The notes beneath the pieces were generated by a model. It was given only the letters and a program-made list of their open reading frames with translations, was not told where the DNA came from and ran no database searches. Position numbers and translations under genes: made by a program. Positions 9,143-18,149 of a stretch of 64,000 bases of DNA are shown here, piece by piece. The stretch's first letter is position 1, and each line of letters opens with the position of its first letter. Origin of the DNA: an uncultured virus (IMG/VR IMGVR_UViG_3300027892_000017) (lineage: Duplodnaviria > Heunggongvirae > Uroviricota > Caudoviricetes); IMG/VR virus record IMGVR_UViG_3300027892_000017, positions 1 through 64,000 of that record, one strand, 5' to 3'.

Positions 9143-12100
9143 TTATAGACCAGCTATTTCGCCAGTGTTCTTTAGGCGTAATGGAATGTAGATGAATTCA
9201 ACTGCTTTGACCGGTTCAATGGCCACATCAACATACAATTCGTTTCTGTCAATTCTACTTGGTGTATTGTTACTTTCGTCACAAACAACAATGTAGTCAT
9301 ATAGTGCTCGTTGACCTAATAGTTCTAGCATCAAACTTTCCACAGCACCCTTGATTTCATCACGAGTAATTTTATCGTTTGGTTCAAAAATGTATGGCTT
9401 AGCTAGAACACTTAGCTGTCTACGTAAGTAAATTACTAAACGTGCCACGTTGATTCTATCTAATGCGCTAGCATTTCTAGCACGAGTCTTCTGACCGTAA
9501 TTTACAAGACCCACACCTGTTAAGAATGTAATTGGATTAACTTTAACATCATACAGTGTATCACGTTGACCGTTATTTAAAGCAACTGCTGTAAACTCGC
9601 CTTCGTCATTAATATAACCAACTGCTGATGCGTTAGTAATACCGCCACGACGTGTGCCTGCTGGCGCAAACCATGGGTATGAAACGTTATCGCTTAGTGC
9701 AATAGTACGTAACATCATGTGACTTGGTGGCACAACCACGTTATTACCAAAGTTGTCACTTGTAAAGCCCCATGGATAGAACATAGCCATGTATTCGTCA
9801 AAACTTGCTGCGCCTAGATCATTGTCTTCCAATGCTAGTGCTGCGTTATTACCCCAGTTAACTAGACTTGTTGCATCGCTTGTTAAACGAGCTGGTGTGT
9901 CACCAACAACAAACGCTGTTAATCCGCGGTCATAGTTTAGTGTAATCATTTCACCAATCAACTCAGGATATCCTGGGCAAGCAATCAAGTTAAACACTCT
10001 TTGCTCTTCTTCACGGATCTCTTGGTTGCTGTTAACCAGTGCCTGTAATGATTGTACCACAACTTTACGTTGTGCTTTACGTCCAAATGTACCAGCACCA
10101 TTTTCTTGATTGCCAGCTTCACTAACCCAACGATTTGGATAATAACCAGCTTGTGTTTCACCTACTGCTCCGTTAACACGAGTGTTTATTGCAGTTACGT
10201 CAACATAATTACGTGCATAACGCTTAACGTTAAATCCTGAGCGGCGTAAGTTCCATAACAACATACCTTGTGGATATAGTGCTGGATCTGGAGCATCAAA
10301 GTCTAAGAAATTGCTTTCTAACATGTCAGCAATTAAACCAGGTTCATCGCTATTTGCGCCAGCTGTATTGTAACGAGCGTCAGCAAATAAAATACCATTT
10401 TCAGTACTTTGATCGGAACTGTCAACCAATTCCCATTTTAACGATACGCCGTTAAACTTATAAACTTGTGGATAATTTTCTGTATCGCTTGTGTCAATCC
10501 ATAAATCACCATTAGCAAGAGCTGTTTCGCCATCGCTTTGTGTTGTTGGCTCAGTAGCCGCAACAATTGGACCATTAACGTCGGTAGCCTTAACACCTGC
10601 GCCCAAATCAACTACTAATGGGTTTGAAGCATCTTTATAACCAACCCAAGTTGTTCCGTTGTGGATCATAATATCCACTTCGTCAACAATACTGTTGTAC
10701 CATAATGTACCGTCTGCTGTTAGTGAAGTTGGTGCTGTACCGCTTGCTGTAAAACGCAATGGTTCCCATAGCGTAGCAACGTAATCTGATGTAACATCGC
10801 CAGTTGGTGATGCATATAAATTAGTTGTTGCCGCAGTGCCTGTTACTGAAAATACTTTACTTAAAGGAGTTGCAGTGCCGTCAGTTAAGCGGAACTCGCC
10901 ACCTTTAGTGTGACTAATAACAATGCGATTCAAGCTATCTACTTCAGCAACAATATTAGCAAATCCTGCTGAGTTAATTGCTCCAGCAACCTTGTCTGCA
11001 TCAGACAAACTGCCAGTTAGCGCATTTCCAGTAGCAGAAGAACAAGTTACAGTGATTGCAGGTGCTAGTGTAGCACTACCAACAATACTTTCTGCAATTG
11101 AAAATGTGTTAGTTCCAGCAGTAAATTGCGCTGCAATTTTTGCTGATTTAATAATTGTTGTACCAACTGCTGAACGTCTAAAAATTCTAAAGTCAGCTAC
11201 ACGTGGTGAATCATCGGCACCGCTGTCTTCTTGTTCGTTTGTTTTAACAAACAATGATCCAACTGCTAAATTAGACCCGCCGCCTGTACGATCTAGGCCA
11301 TAAATTGCTGCTGTGCCGTCTGCATAAATTGGAGCTGGAACTGCTGCAAATGCATCTGTTGCTGAATTGTAACGCTTAACAGAGATCTTAGCGCCGCTGT
11401 TTGGTTCAGTTGTCTTGATCCATACAGAACCTGTTGGACGTGGAGCAGTGTTTGATGTCTTGAAGTTTGGAATGCTTGTGTGTGGCTGGATTGCCAATCT
11501 TGGAGCATAAAAAGTGCCAGGTGTAATACCTAATACTGTTGATACATTCATTGTGCCGCTAGCAATTACAACAGCATTTGAAGCTGTGCTATCTTCACTG
11601 TTTGCACCGCTTGCACCATTGGAATAAATTTCTAATCTACCAGCTGCACTAACGCCTGCGGTAATACCTTGCTGTGATAAAAGTGAAGCTGTTGGACCAG
11701 TATTGATTCTATCTGCCAATCCAGCTACAGTTGTTGCATTTGCTGTAACAGTAATACCGTTGATTGTAAATGCTTGACCGCTAGTAATTGCTGGGCTTGC
11801 AACAGTACCTTGCACTGTTGGCCATGAACTTGTCCAGTCATTGCTACCAACTTGTACCCACTGACCAGCACGATTTTTATAATAAACCTTGTCTGGGGCA
11901 GAGTAATCTGTAGTTAAGTCAGATAAACAAACAACTGCATAATCACCAATTGCGCCAATACTTGTCTTAGGAGCATAGTCGCTACCTGCGTAATCCACAA
12001 CCTTTGTTGTGTCAGTAATTACAAGTGGATTCTTCTTAGTAAATGTCTGGCCACTTAAATTTGTTGCAGTCTTAGTAGTACCGTTCCATTCAAAAATACC

Positions 12101-12535
12101 AAACGATGTAGTATTTGTGTCTAACCAGTATGTACCGTTTGAGGGGTCAGCTGCTGGCGGATTTGCCAATGCGTTAATTGACGCTAGGTCAATTCCAGCA
12201 CGTACAACGTATGCCCTGTTGCTTACGCCTAATAAGCTATAAGCCGCTTGCAAACCGTATTCATTTTGCTCGCCAGCATGGATTGGGTTGTTTGATGCGT
12301 CCGTTTTAAATACTGGGTCACCAAAAGTATCTACAAGATCCTTCTGGCTAGTAATTAAATATGTCTTTCCAACGTTAGTTGCCAGTGTACCTGGAGCAAT
12401 TCCTGTTCCCGCCCCGTTTTGCTTATTCGCTGCCGTTGCTACAATAATTAGAGGTACTGTACCTGGAGCGGCTGGGGTATAAAAGCTCTCATCGATAACT
12501 GTTACGCTTACGCCTGGTGATGATAGTGTTGCCAT
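9143..12535 (-). CDS. gp18: Tail sheath protein (gp18-like) with a large central insertion
   Basis: N-term LSSPGVSVTVIDES; C-term PWFAPAGTRRG, VNPI, GQKT, LDRINVARL, FEPND..TR, VVCDESNNTP..ID, IEPVKAVEFIYI. Confidence 0.97.
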   Translation of the reverse strand: MATLSSPGVSVTVIDESFYTPAAPGTVPLIIVATAANKQNGAGTGIAPGTLATNVGKTYLITSQKDLVDTFGDPVFKTDASNNPIHAGEQNEYGLQAAYSLLGVSNRAYVVRAGIDLASINALANPPAADPSNGTYWLDTNTTSFGIFEWNGTTKTATNLSGQTFTKKNPLVITDTTKVVDYAGSDYAPKTSIGAIGDYAVVCLSDLTTDYSAPDKVYYKNRAGQWVQVGSNDWTSSWPTVQGTVASPAITSGQAFTINGITVTANATTVAGLADRINTGPTASLLSQQGITAGVSAAGRLEIYSNGASGANSEDSTASNAVVIASGTMNVSTVLGITPGTFYAPRLAIQPHTSIPNFKTSNTAPRPTGSVWIKTTEPNSGAKISVKRYNSATDAFAAVPAPIYADGTAAIYGLDRTGGGSNLAVGSLFVKTNEQEDSGADDSPRVADFRIFRRSAVGTTIIKSAKIAAQFTAGTNTFSIAESIVGSATLAPAITVTCSSATGNALTGSLSDADKVAGAINSAGFANIVAEVDSLNRIVISHTKGGEFRLTDGTATPLSKVFSVTGTAATTNLYASPTGDVTSDYVATLWEPLRFTASGTAPTSLTADGTLWYNSIVDEVDIMIHNGTTWVGYKDASNPLVVDLGAGVKATDVNGPIVAATEPTTQSDGETALANGDLWIDTSDTENYPQVYKFNGVSLKWELVDSSDQSTENGILFADARYNTAGANSDEPGLIADMLESNFLDFDAPDPALYPQGMLLWNLRRSGFNVKRYARNYVDVTAINTRVNGAVGETQAGYYPNRWVSEAGNQENGAGTFGRKAQRKVVVQSLQALVNSNQEIREEEQRVFNLIACPGYPELIGEMITLNYDRGLTAFVVGDTPARLTSDATSLVNWGNNAALALEDNDLGAASFDEYMAMFYPWGFTSDNFGNNVVVPPSHMMLRTIALSDNVSYPWFAPAGTRRGGITNASAVGYINDEGEFTAVALNNGQRDTLYDVKVNPITFLTGVGLVNYGQKTRARNASALDRINVARLVIYLRRQLSVLAKPYIFEPNDKITRDEIKGAVESLMLELLGQRALYDYIVVCDESNNTPSRIDRNELYVDVAIEPVKAVEFIYIPLRLKNTGEIAGL

Positions 12536-12645
12536 TGTATGGTCTCTCCTAAGATTCTTCTTCTAAAGTATTTAGTGTTTGTTGGAGAAAACATAACGCA
12601 AACAAGCCCAGAAAAGGGACCAAAAAGGTGCGGAATAAATACTTT

Positions 12646-12987
12646 ATGGCAAGACCAATGTGTTTATGCGGGTTTAGACCGGCCGCAATCAACTATAAAA
12701 AAGATGGCCGCACTTATTATAGAAGTAAGTGTGAGGCATGCCTACGTCACGGCGGGGTAGCACACGGATTTCCCAAATGGTATCTAGATGGATACCGTCA
12801 AAAAGATACTTGTGAGAAATGCGGCTTTAAGAGCAAACACAAAGAGCAATTCAATGTGTTTCACATAGATGGCAATTTAACTAACAGTCGCCCCAGTAAT
12901 CTTAAGACGATATGTGCAAATTGTCAGAGAGTCCTACATAAAGAGGGCGTTCAGTGGCGACAGGGAGATCTTGTTCCGGACTTGTAA
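12646..12987 (+). CDS. Small Zn-finger/HNH-family protein
   Basis: CLCG...CEAC, then CEKCG...FHIDGNLTNSRPSNLKTICANCQ; start MARPMCLC 4 nt after ATAAATA (12635-12641). Confidence 0.8.
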   Translation: MARPMCLCGFRPAAINYKKDGRTYYRSKCEACLRHGGVAHGFPKWYLDGYRQKDTCEKCGFKSKHKEQFNVFHIDGNLTNSRPSNLKTICANCQRVLHKEGVQWRQGDLVPDL

Positions 12988-13594
12988 TTACTTGTTTTAC
13001 TTGCTGGTATAGACTGTCAATTGTCCCGTTATTATCTAAAATAATATCAAAATCAGTACCAATCCAAGCGGTTTCGCTTGCATGAATCTTCTTCATTTTG
13101 AGATCATTCATAGCAACATTTGATCCGGCGTTTGCATCCAATGCTGTTTGATACCAGTCTGGGAGTTCTCCTCGCTGTACCCAAGCAATAATGCCGCCAG
13201 CATCTTTAATTGATTTAATTTCGTTAGGAAATCTACAGTCGCTGATGACTACGTGGTCGCGACTAGTTCTAAGTTTGTTCTCTAAACTAGCAATCCAAAT
13301 ATCATCATGGAACGCTTTGCGACAAACTTCTGTACCCCAATACTGTAGAACCCATCTAGGAGTAAGGCTAGGCATATCTAATCTATTTGCCCACCACGGA
13401 TCTACTTGTTCACGCCATTCTCGGGCTTCTTTAGTGCGCCCTTCTAACATAGTGCGGTCCCAACCAAATACATGTGCCACTGCATCTTTAAGGGTGCTAG
13501 CAAATGATTCTCGTCTAAATTCGTGGAAGTTTGTTAGATAGTCCGCAACAGTGTCTTTGCCCGAACCAATAAAGCCGCATATACCAATAATCAT
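12902..13594 (-). CDS. Deoxynucleoside monophosphate kinase (T4 gp1-like)
   Basis: MIIGICGFIGSGKDT P-loop, SFA..LKD, TPR.VLQ.WGTEVCR, ISDCRFPNE, HASE. Confidence 0.95.
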   Translation of the reverse strand: MIIGICGFIGSGKDTVADYLTNFHEFRRESFASTLKDAVAHVFGWDRTMLEGRTKEAREWREQVDPWWANRLDMPSLTPRWVLQYWGTEVCRKAFHDDIWIASLENKLRTSRDHVVISDCRFPNEIKSIKDAGGIIAWVQRGELPDWYQTALDANAGSNVAMNDLKMKKIHASETAWIGTDFDIILDNNGTIDSLYQQVKQVITSPEQDLPVATERPLYVGLSDNLHISS

Positions 13595-13617
13595 TGTACT
13601 CTCCTAAAGATAATACA

Positions 13618-13646
13618 ATTTTATATGAATATTAATGCAGTGTCAA
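13618..13646 (-). promoter_or_regulatory. Sigma70-type promoter for the dNMP kinase
   Basis: TTGACA (13646-13641), 17-nt spacer, TAAAAT (13623-13618); AGGAG SD follows. Confidence 0.8.
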
Positions 13647-13650
13647 GAGT

Positions 13651-14034
13651 TTATACGCCGTATTTGTTCTTTTTGCGAGCTGGAACTGGACTAACTTTAT
13701 TGGTATCGTCCAATTCTTTACTTGTCATATCGCCATGGTTTAAATCTTGATAATTCGCACCAACTGCCTTGTATGCTTGCTTGAGCATTTCTTGTTCTTC
13801 TTTAGTATATGGATGAGTGGACTTCCTCTTACCAATCCAACTTTTTGCCTTCATTTCTGTTGGTAGTGGGTCTTTGCCGTTAGCGCCGGCAACAGCCATT
13901 CCCAGTCTATAAGAAGTATAGTCGCCACTAACACGCTCTGAATCGTTATAGGTGTTTAGACCGGCAGTTGCTTGAGCCTGTCTTTTAGAGATTGCCTTTT
14001 GACTTGATTCAGAAATGATATCTAAAATTTTCAT
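13651..14034 (-). CDS. Hypothetical protein, possible internal head protein
   Basis: ORF 13651..14043; likely start MKILDIISE at 14034, just after the gp13 stop. Confidence 0.65.
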   Translation of the reverse strand: MKILDIISESSQKAISKRQAQATAGLNTYNDSERVSGDYTSYRLGMAVAGANGKDPLPTEMKAKSWIGKRKSTHPYTKEEQEMLKQAYKAVGANYQDLNHGDMTSKELDDTNKVSPVPARKKNKYGV

Positions 14035-14035
14035 A

Positions 14036-14806
14036 TTATCCAATTACCAATGTATAACCAGTACCGCCAGCAATGTAAAGCTCTATTTCTTTATCTAATT
14101 TTTCAAGTTCTTCTTTACCAGCAGATTTTAGATCTGCCCCGTTTAGTCCGCCTGCCCCGCCAGGTCCAGCAATCTGACTAAATTTGCCACGAGCTTCGCC
14201 TAGCATAATTTTGCAAGTTGCTAGTGTATAGTCATACAGCCAGCTCTTGGCATATAAATCTTGTAACAGTATATAGTCTGGTCTGTAGTTGTAGCCACGA
14301 ATCATTACTTGTTCGCCTTCACTGAAAGGACGCTGTAAAATTCTCAATGTGTGGGTAGTGGGAATCCATTGGAATTCAATATATGCTCCAAACATACGAC
14401 CCACCATTTCTTGATATTGAGCAAACATATCGTATGTTGCGATACCTCCCAACATTGTACTGTTTAACAAGTAGGTATTTGTGTAGGCTAAATTGAACGG
14501 TTCAAACTGTGTACCGCCGCTGCCGCCCGCTGTTCTACTGCCGATTGTTCTACGGAAAATACTACGAACTTCTATAATCTCGTCAGGTAATCTGTAATCA
14601 TTAACATCTTGCGCTAGCTCTAAGAAATAATAAGATTCTTCTACGGCACCGCTACTTCGCTGACGATATCGTGCTAGAGCACGATTTAAAGAGGTTTCGT
14701 AGTGCTTGGGATCAAGCTCAACGTCAACCATTCCGTCGCCCAACATGGTACGGACGTAGTCATAAACTTTTTCTCTTTCAGCTAAAATTGTACTTGTATT
14801 TGACAT
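14036..14806 (-). CDS. gp13: Neck protein (gp13-like head-tail adaptor)
   Basis: LG...VDVEL, WLYDYTLA.CK..LG..RGKF..I.GPGG...LNG..L...G.EE.EKL. Confidence 0.9.
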   Translation of the reverse strand: MSNTSTILAEREKVYDYVRTMLGDGMVDVELDPKHYETSLNRALARYRQRSSGAVEESYYFLELAQDVNDYRLPDEIIEVRSIFRRTIGSRTAGGSGGTQFEPFNLAYTNTYLLNSTMLGGIATYDMFAQYQEMVGRMFGAYIEFQWIPTTHTLRILQRPFSEGEQVMIRGYNYRPDYILLQDLYAKSWLYDYTLATCKIMLGEARGKFSQIAGPGGAGGLNGADLKSAGKEELEKLDKEIELYIAGGTGYTLVIG

Positions 14807-14823
14807 TATTAGATCTCCGTGTA

Positions 14824-14843
14824 TATTTAGCTGCCGATAAATA
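14824..14843. promoter_or_regulatory. Back-to-back late promoter boxes for the divergent gp13 and gp14 genes
   Basis: TAAATA on minus (14824-14829) and ATAAATA on plus (14837-14843). Confidence 0.7.
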
Positions 14844-14850
14844 TACTACT

Positions 14851-16035
14851 ATGCCAAGACTAAGTTTATATAAACCAGAGAAAGGGAACGATTATAAGTT
14901 CATAGATCGCCAAATTGGGGAGATGTTCCAAATTGGTGGTACGGATTTATATCTCCACAAATACATAGGTGTCAACACCAGCGAAGAAAACGCTACTGCT
15001 GCTGAGCCACATTACGATGCACTAAAAGAGACCAATATTCAGGATCTTTTATTACTGGAAAATAGGGATAGAAAATATGACCCTAGCATTTATAAAGTTC
15101 GAGGCATTTATAATGTACAGAATTTAGATTTTAATTTAAGCCAGTTTGGATTGTTTATAGACAACGATACAGTTTTTATGACTGTTCATATCAATGACTG
15201 GATTTCAACTGTGGGTCGTAAACCAATCAGTGGTGATGTGTTGGAATTACCGCACTTGCGTGATGATTTTGCACTTAATGATTATACACTTTCTCTACCT
15301 CGCTACTTTGTCATTGAAGATGTAAGTCGCGCTAGTGAAGGATTTAGTATTACTTGGTACCCGCATTTGTACAGAGTTAAACTTAAAAAGATAGTGGATG
15401 CTCAACAATTTGCTGACATATTAGATAAGCCAGCAACAGACGCAAACGGAGATCCATCTTCTCAAACATTGAGAGATATTTTAAGTACCAATGCTAAAGA
15501 AATTGAAATTAATAATGCATTGTTAGCACAAGCTGAAGCAGATGCTCCGTTAAGTGGTTATCAAACACAACAATTCTTTACTCTTGCTGTTGATCCAAAT
15601 ACTGGTAAGCCAGTGCTACAAACTGCGGATCAAACGGCAATTGATGCAAGTTTTATTGGCAACGCAGATGGCGGGACAGATGCTAGTGCTGTACACGGAC
15701 GTGCTGTACGTAGTGGATATGTTGGATACTTGTTAGGCGACGGTGTTCCTCCTAACGGTGTTGATTTTGGTCATGGGATAAATTTCCCAGCAAGCGCACA
15801 TTTAAATGATTATTACTTGCGTACTGACTTCATGCCTAATAGATTGTTTAGGTATGATGGAACACGTTGGGTAAAAACTGAAGATGCAGTACGTATGACC
15901 ATGTCAAACACTGATACTAAACAAACACTTAAAACTAGTTTCATCAATAATACTGCTAGTGCAGAAATTGGTGGCGAAGTTATTGTGGAGCGTCAAGCAT
16001 TGAGTAAAGCTCTAAAACCTAAGGCAGATTTATAA
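14851..16035 (+). CDS. gp14: Neck/head-closure protein (gp14-like) with extension
   Basis: Start MPRLSLYK at 14851; LSQFGLFI..D, GRKP..GDVLELPH motifs; precedes gp15-like gene. Confidence 0.75.
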   Translation: MPRLSLYKPEKGNDYKFIDRQIGEMFQIGGTDLYLHKYIGVNTSEENATAAEPHYDALKETNIQDLLLLENRDRKYDPSIYKVRGIYNVQNLDFNLSQFGLFIDNDTVFMTVHINDWISTVGRKPISGDVLELPHLRDDFALNDYTLSLPRYFVIEDVSRASEGFSITWYPHLYRVKLKKIVDAQQFADILDKPATDANGDPSSQTLRDILSTNAKEIEINNALLAQAEADAPLSGYQTQQFFTLAVDPNTGKPVLQTADQTAIDASFIGNADGGTDASAVHGRAVRSGYVGYLLGDGVPPNGVDFGHGINFPASAHLNDYYLRTDFMPNRLFRYDGTRWVKTEDAVRMTMSNTDTKQTLKTSFINNTASAEIGGEVIVERQALSKALKPKADL

Positions 16036-17666
16036 TGCAATTTTTCTATGATGGTCAGATAAGACGTTATTTGTTACAAACAATTCGTTTGTTAAGCAAC
16101 TTTGTAGTAAAATATGGTGACGGCACACTTAAACAAGTGCCCGTTATGTACGGTGATAGCGATAGACAAGTTGCCAACATTAATCGTCAAAACAGTGAAA
16201 ATAAGATTAACAGTGCTCCGCGTATTGCTGTTTATATTACTGATTTACAAATGGACCGAGAAAGATTGGCAGATGCTACTCACGTGGGCAAAGTACACAT
16301 TCGCGAAAGAGACGTTGAAGACGGTGCGTATACTAGCACACAGGGTAAAAACTATACTGTAGAACGTTTGATGCCGACGCCATATAAACTAACAGTTAAA
16401 GCAGATATTTGGAGTACAAGTACTGAACAAAAGTTGCAGATATTAGAACAAATTATGATGTTGTTTAATCCTAGTTTGGAAATACAAACAACTGACAATT
16501 ACTTAGACTGGACCAGTTTAAGCGTGGTCAATTTGACTAATATGACATTTAGCAGTAGACAAGTACCAGTTGGTGCAGAAAGTAATATTGATGTTGCTTC
16601 ATTAACATTTGACATGCCAATATGGATCAGTCCACCAAGTAAAGTTAAAACACTTGGCGTTGTTACCAATATTGTAATGGGTGTTTATAAAGGCGGAATT
16701 TCTGCCGGTAATGGTTATATTGATGGTTTGGGTGTAGATACTGTTGAGGCAGGTCCAAACTTTAGCGACATATTAGACAAAGCAAAAACCAGTATTGAAA
16801 ACTTTGGCATAACTGTACACGGCGGTAATGCTAGGATTTTAGATCCAAGCGAGAATGTTACTCATGCTAATAATAATTCGCTGTATGTTAGTGTTAAAAT
16901 GGGTAACAGTATAAACTGGAGAACTATTTTAGATCCATATCCTGGACAATTTAGACCAGGAGTAAGTAGATTGTTCTTAATACAAGAAAACGCCACTGAA
17001 GTTAGCGGCACTACTGCGCTTAATCCGCTTGATGAAACTATATTAACTGTTAGTTGGGATCCAGACACTTTTCCAACCAACACTGATATCGCGTCAACTA
17101 GTAGGCCTAACAGTCCAGGAACATTTGATGCGATTGTTGATCCAGAAAAGAGTGGTCCAGGTGCTGGATTAGATGCACCTTCAGTTGGTACACGATACTT
17201 GATTATTAACAACATTGGCGGCGGAATCAGAGAAACATTGATTGCTGAAAATCGCAGTAATAGATTGGACACTAACACAGAGTATGATAAAATTACTGAT
17301 TTCAAAGTATTTGTAAATGGGTTAGAAGTCAGTGCAACTGGATCTAATATTGCTGACATGTTAGTATTACGTTTGGACACAACTGTTGCAATCGATGATG
17401 TAATCACATACGAACTATACTTGAATGAAGACGGACCTGATGCTTGGAAGAATGCTGACGGCAGCGATTTTATTGCCAACACTAATGACATCATTGAGTG
17501 GGATGGCAACAAGTGGAGCGTAGTAATGGATGCTGGTGCCACAAATGACCAGATCATATACCTAACTAACATATATACTAACGTTCAATACAAATGGAAC
17601 GGAGTCCAATGGGGCAAGAGCTTTGAAGGCGAATATGCGAGGGGTACATGGAGACTAGAACTATAA
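16035..17666 (+). CDS. gp15: Tail sheath stabiliser/terminator (gp15-like) with a C-terminal extension
   Basis: FFYD.QIRRY, VPVMYG, PRIA, MPTPY.L, QILEQI...FNPSL. Confidence 0.88.
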   Translation: MQFFYDGQIRRYLLQTIRLLSNFVVKYGDGTLKQVPVMYGDSDRQVANINRQNSENKINSAPRIAVYITDLQMDRERLADATHVGKVHIRERDVEDGAYTSTQGKNYTVERLMPTPYKLTVKADIWSTSTEQKLQILEQIMMLFNPSLEIQTTDNYLDWTSLSVVNLTNMTFSSRQVPVGAESNIDVASLTFDMPIWISPPSKVKTLGVVTNIVMGVYKGGISAGNGYIDGLGVDTVEAGPNFSDILDKAKTSIENFGITVHGGNARILDPSENVTHANNNSLYVSVKMGNSINWRTILDPYPGQFRPGVSRLFLIQENATEVSGTTALNPLDETILTVSWDPDTFPTNTDIASTSRPNSPGTFDAIVDPEKSGPGAGLDAPSVGTRYLIINNIGGGIRETLIAENRSNRLDTNTEYDKITDFKVFVNGLEVSATGSNIADMLVLRLDTTVAIDDVITYELYLNEDGPDAWKNADGSDFIANTNDIIEWDGNKWSVVMDAGATNDQIIYLTNIYTNVQYKWNGVQWGKSFEGEYARGTWRLEL

Positions 17667-18097
17667 AAGATAAAATTGTCTGTAGCGGGGCAGTATTTTA
17701 TGCCAAACAAACAGGTAGAATTTTATTACTACAAAAATCTCATGGAAAACATGCAGGCACATGGGGCTTGGTTGGTGGGACAAACGACCAAGGTGAAAGT
17801 GCTTGGCAAGGTCTCCAACGTGAAATCCAAGAAGAAATTGGCGAGCCTCCCTCTATAATTAAAACAATGCCGTTAGAAACATTTGTTAGCAACGACAGTG
17901 TCTTTAATTTTCACACGTATCTGTGCGTAGTAGAAGAAGAATTCATACCAACATTAAGTGATGAACACGAAGGGTGGTGTTGGAGTTCCATTGATGGATC
18001 TCCCAAACCCTTACACCAAGCATTGCGTAGTAGTTTTGGCAACAAAACCATGCGTACCAAACTACAAACTGTTTTTGATGTAATTGATTTAATGTAA
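17648..18097 (+). CDS. NUDIX hydrolase
   Basis: Nudix box WGLVGG...GES...GLQREIQEEIG. Confidence 0.93.
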   Translation: METRTIKDKIVCSGAVFYAKQTGRILLLQKSHGKHAGTWGLVGGTNDQGESAWQGLQREIQEEIGEPPSIIKTMPLETFVSNDSVFNFHTYLCVVEEEFIPTLSDEHEGWCWSSIDGSPKPLHQALRSSFGNKTMRTKLQTVFDVIDLM

Positions 18098-18109
18098 ATT
18101 TCAGTCATT

Positions 18110-18138
18110 AAAAAACGCTGCCTAAGCAGCGTTTTTTT
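18110..18138. terminator. Bidirectional intrinsic terminator between convergent genes
   Basis: aaaaaaCGCTGC ctaa GCAGCGttttttt. Confidence 0.92.
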
Positions 18139-18149
18139 GTGGTTGCGTA

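Noticed and set aside
16862..17572. 236-aa antisense ORF inside gp15, and the many other short shadow ORFs
   Set aside because: Antisense or off-frame to well-supported genes, with no motifs or SD; expected from codon bias.
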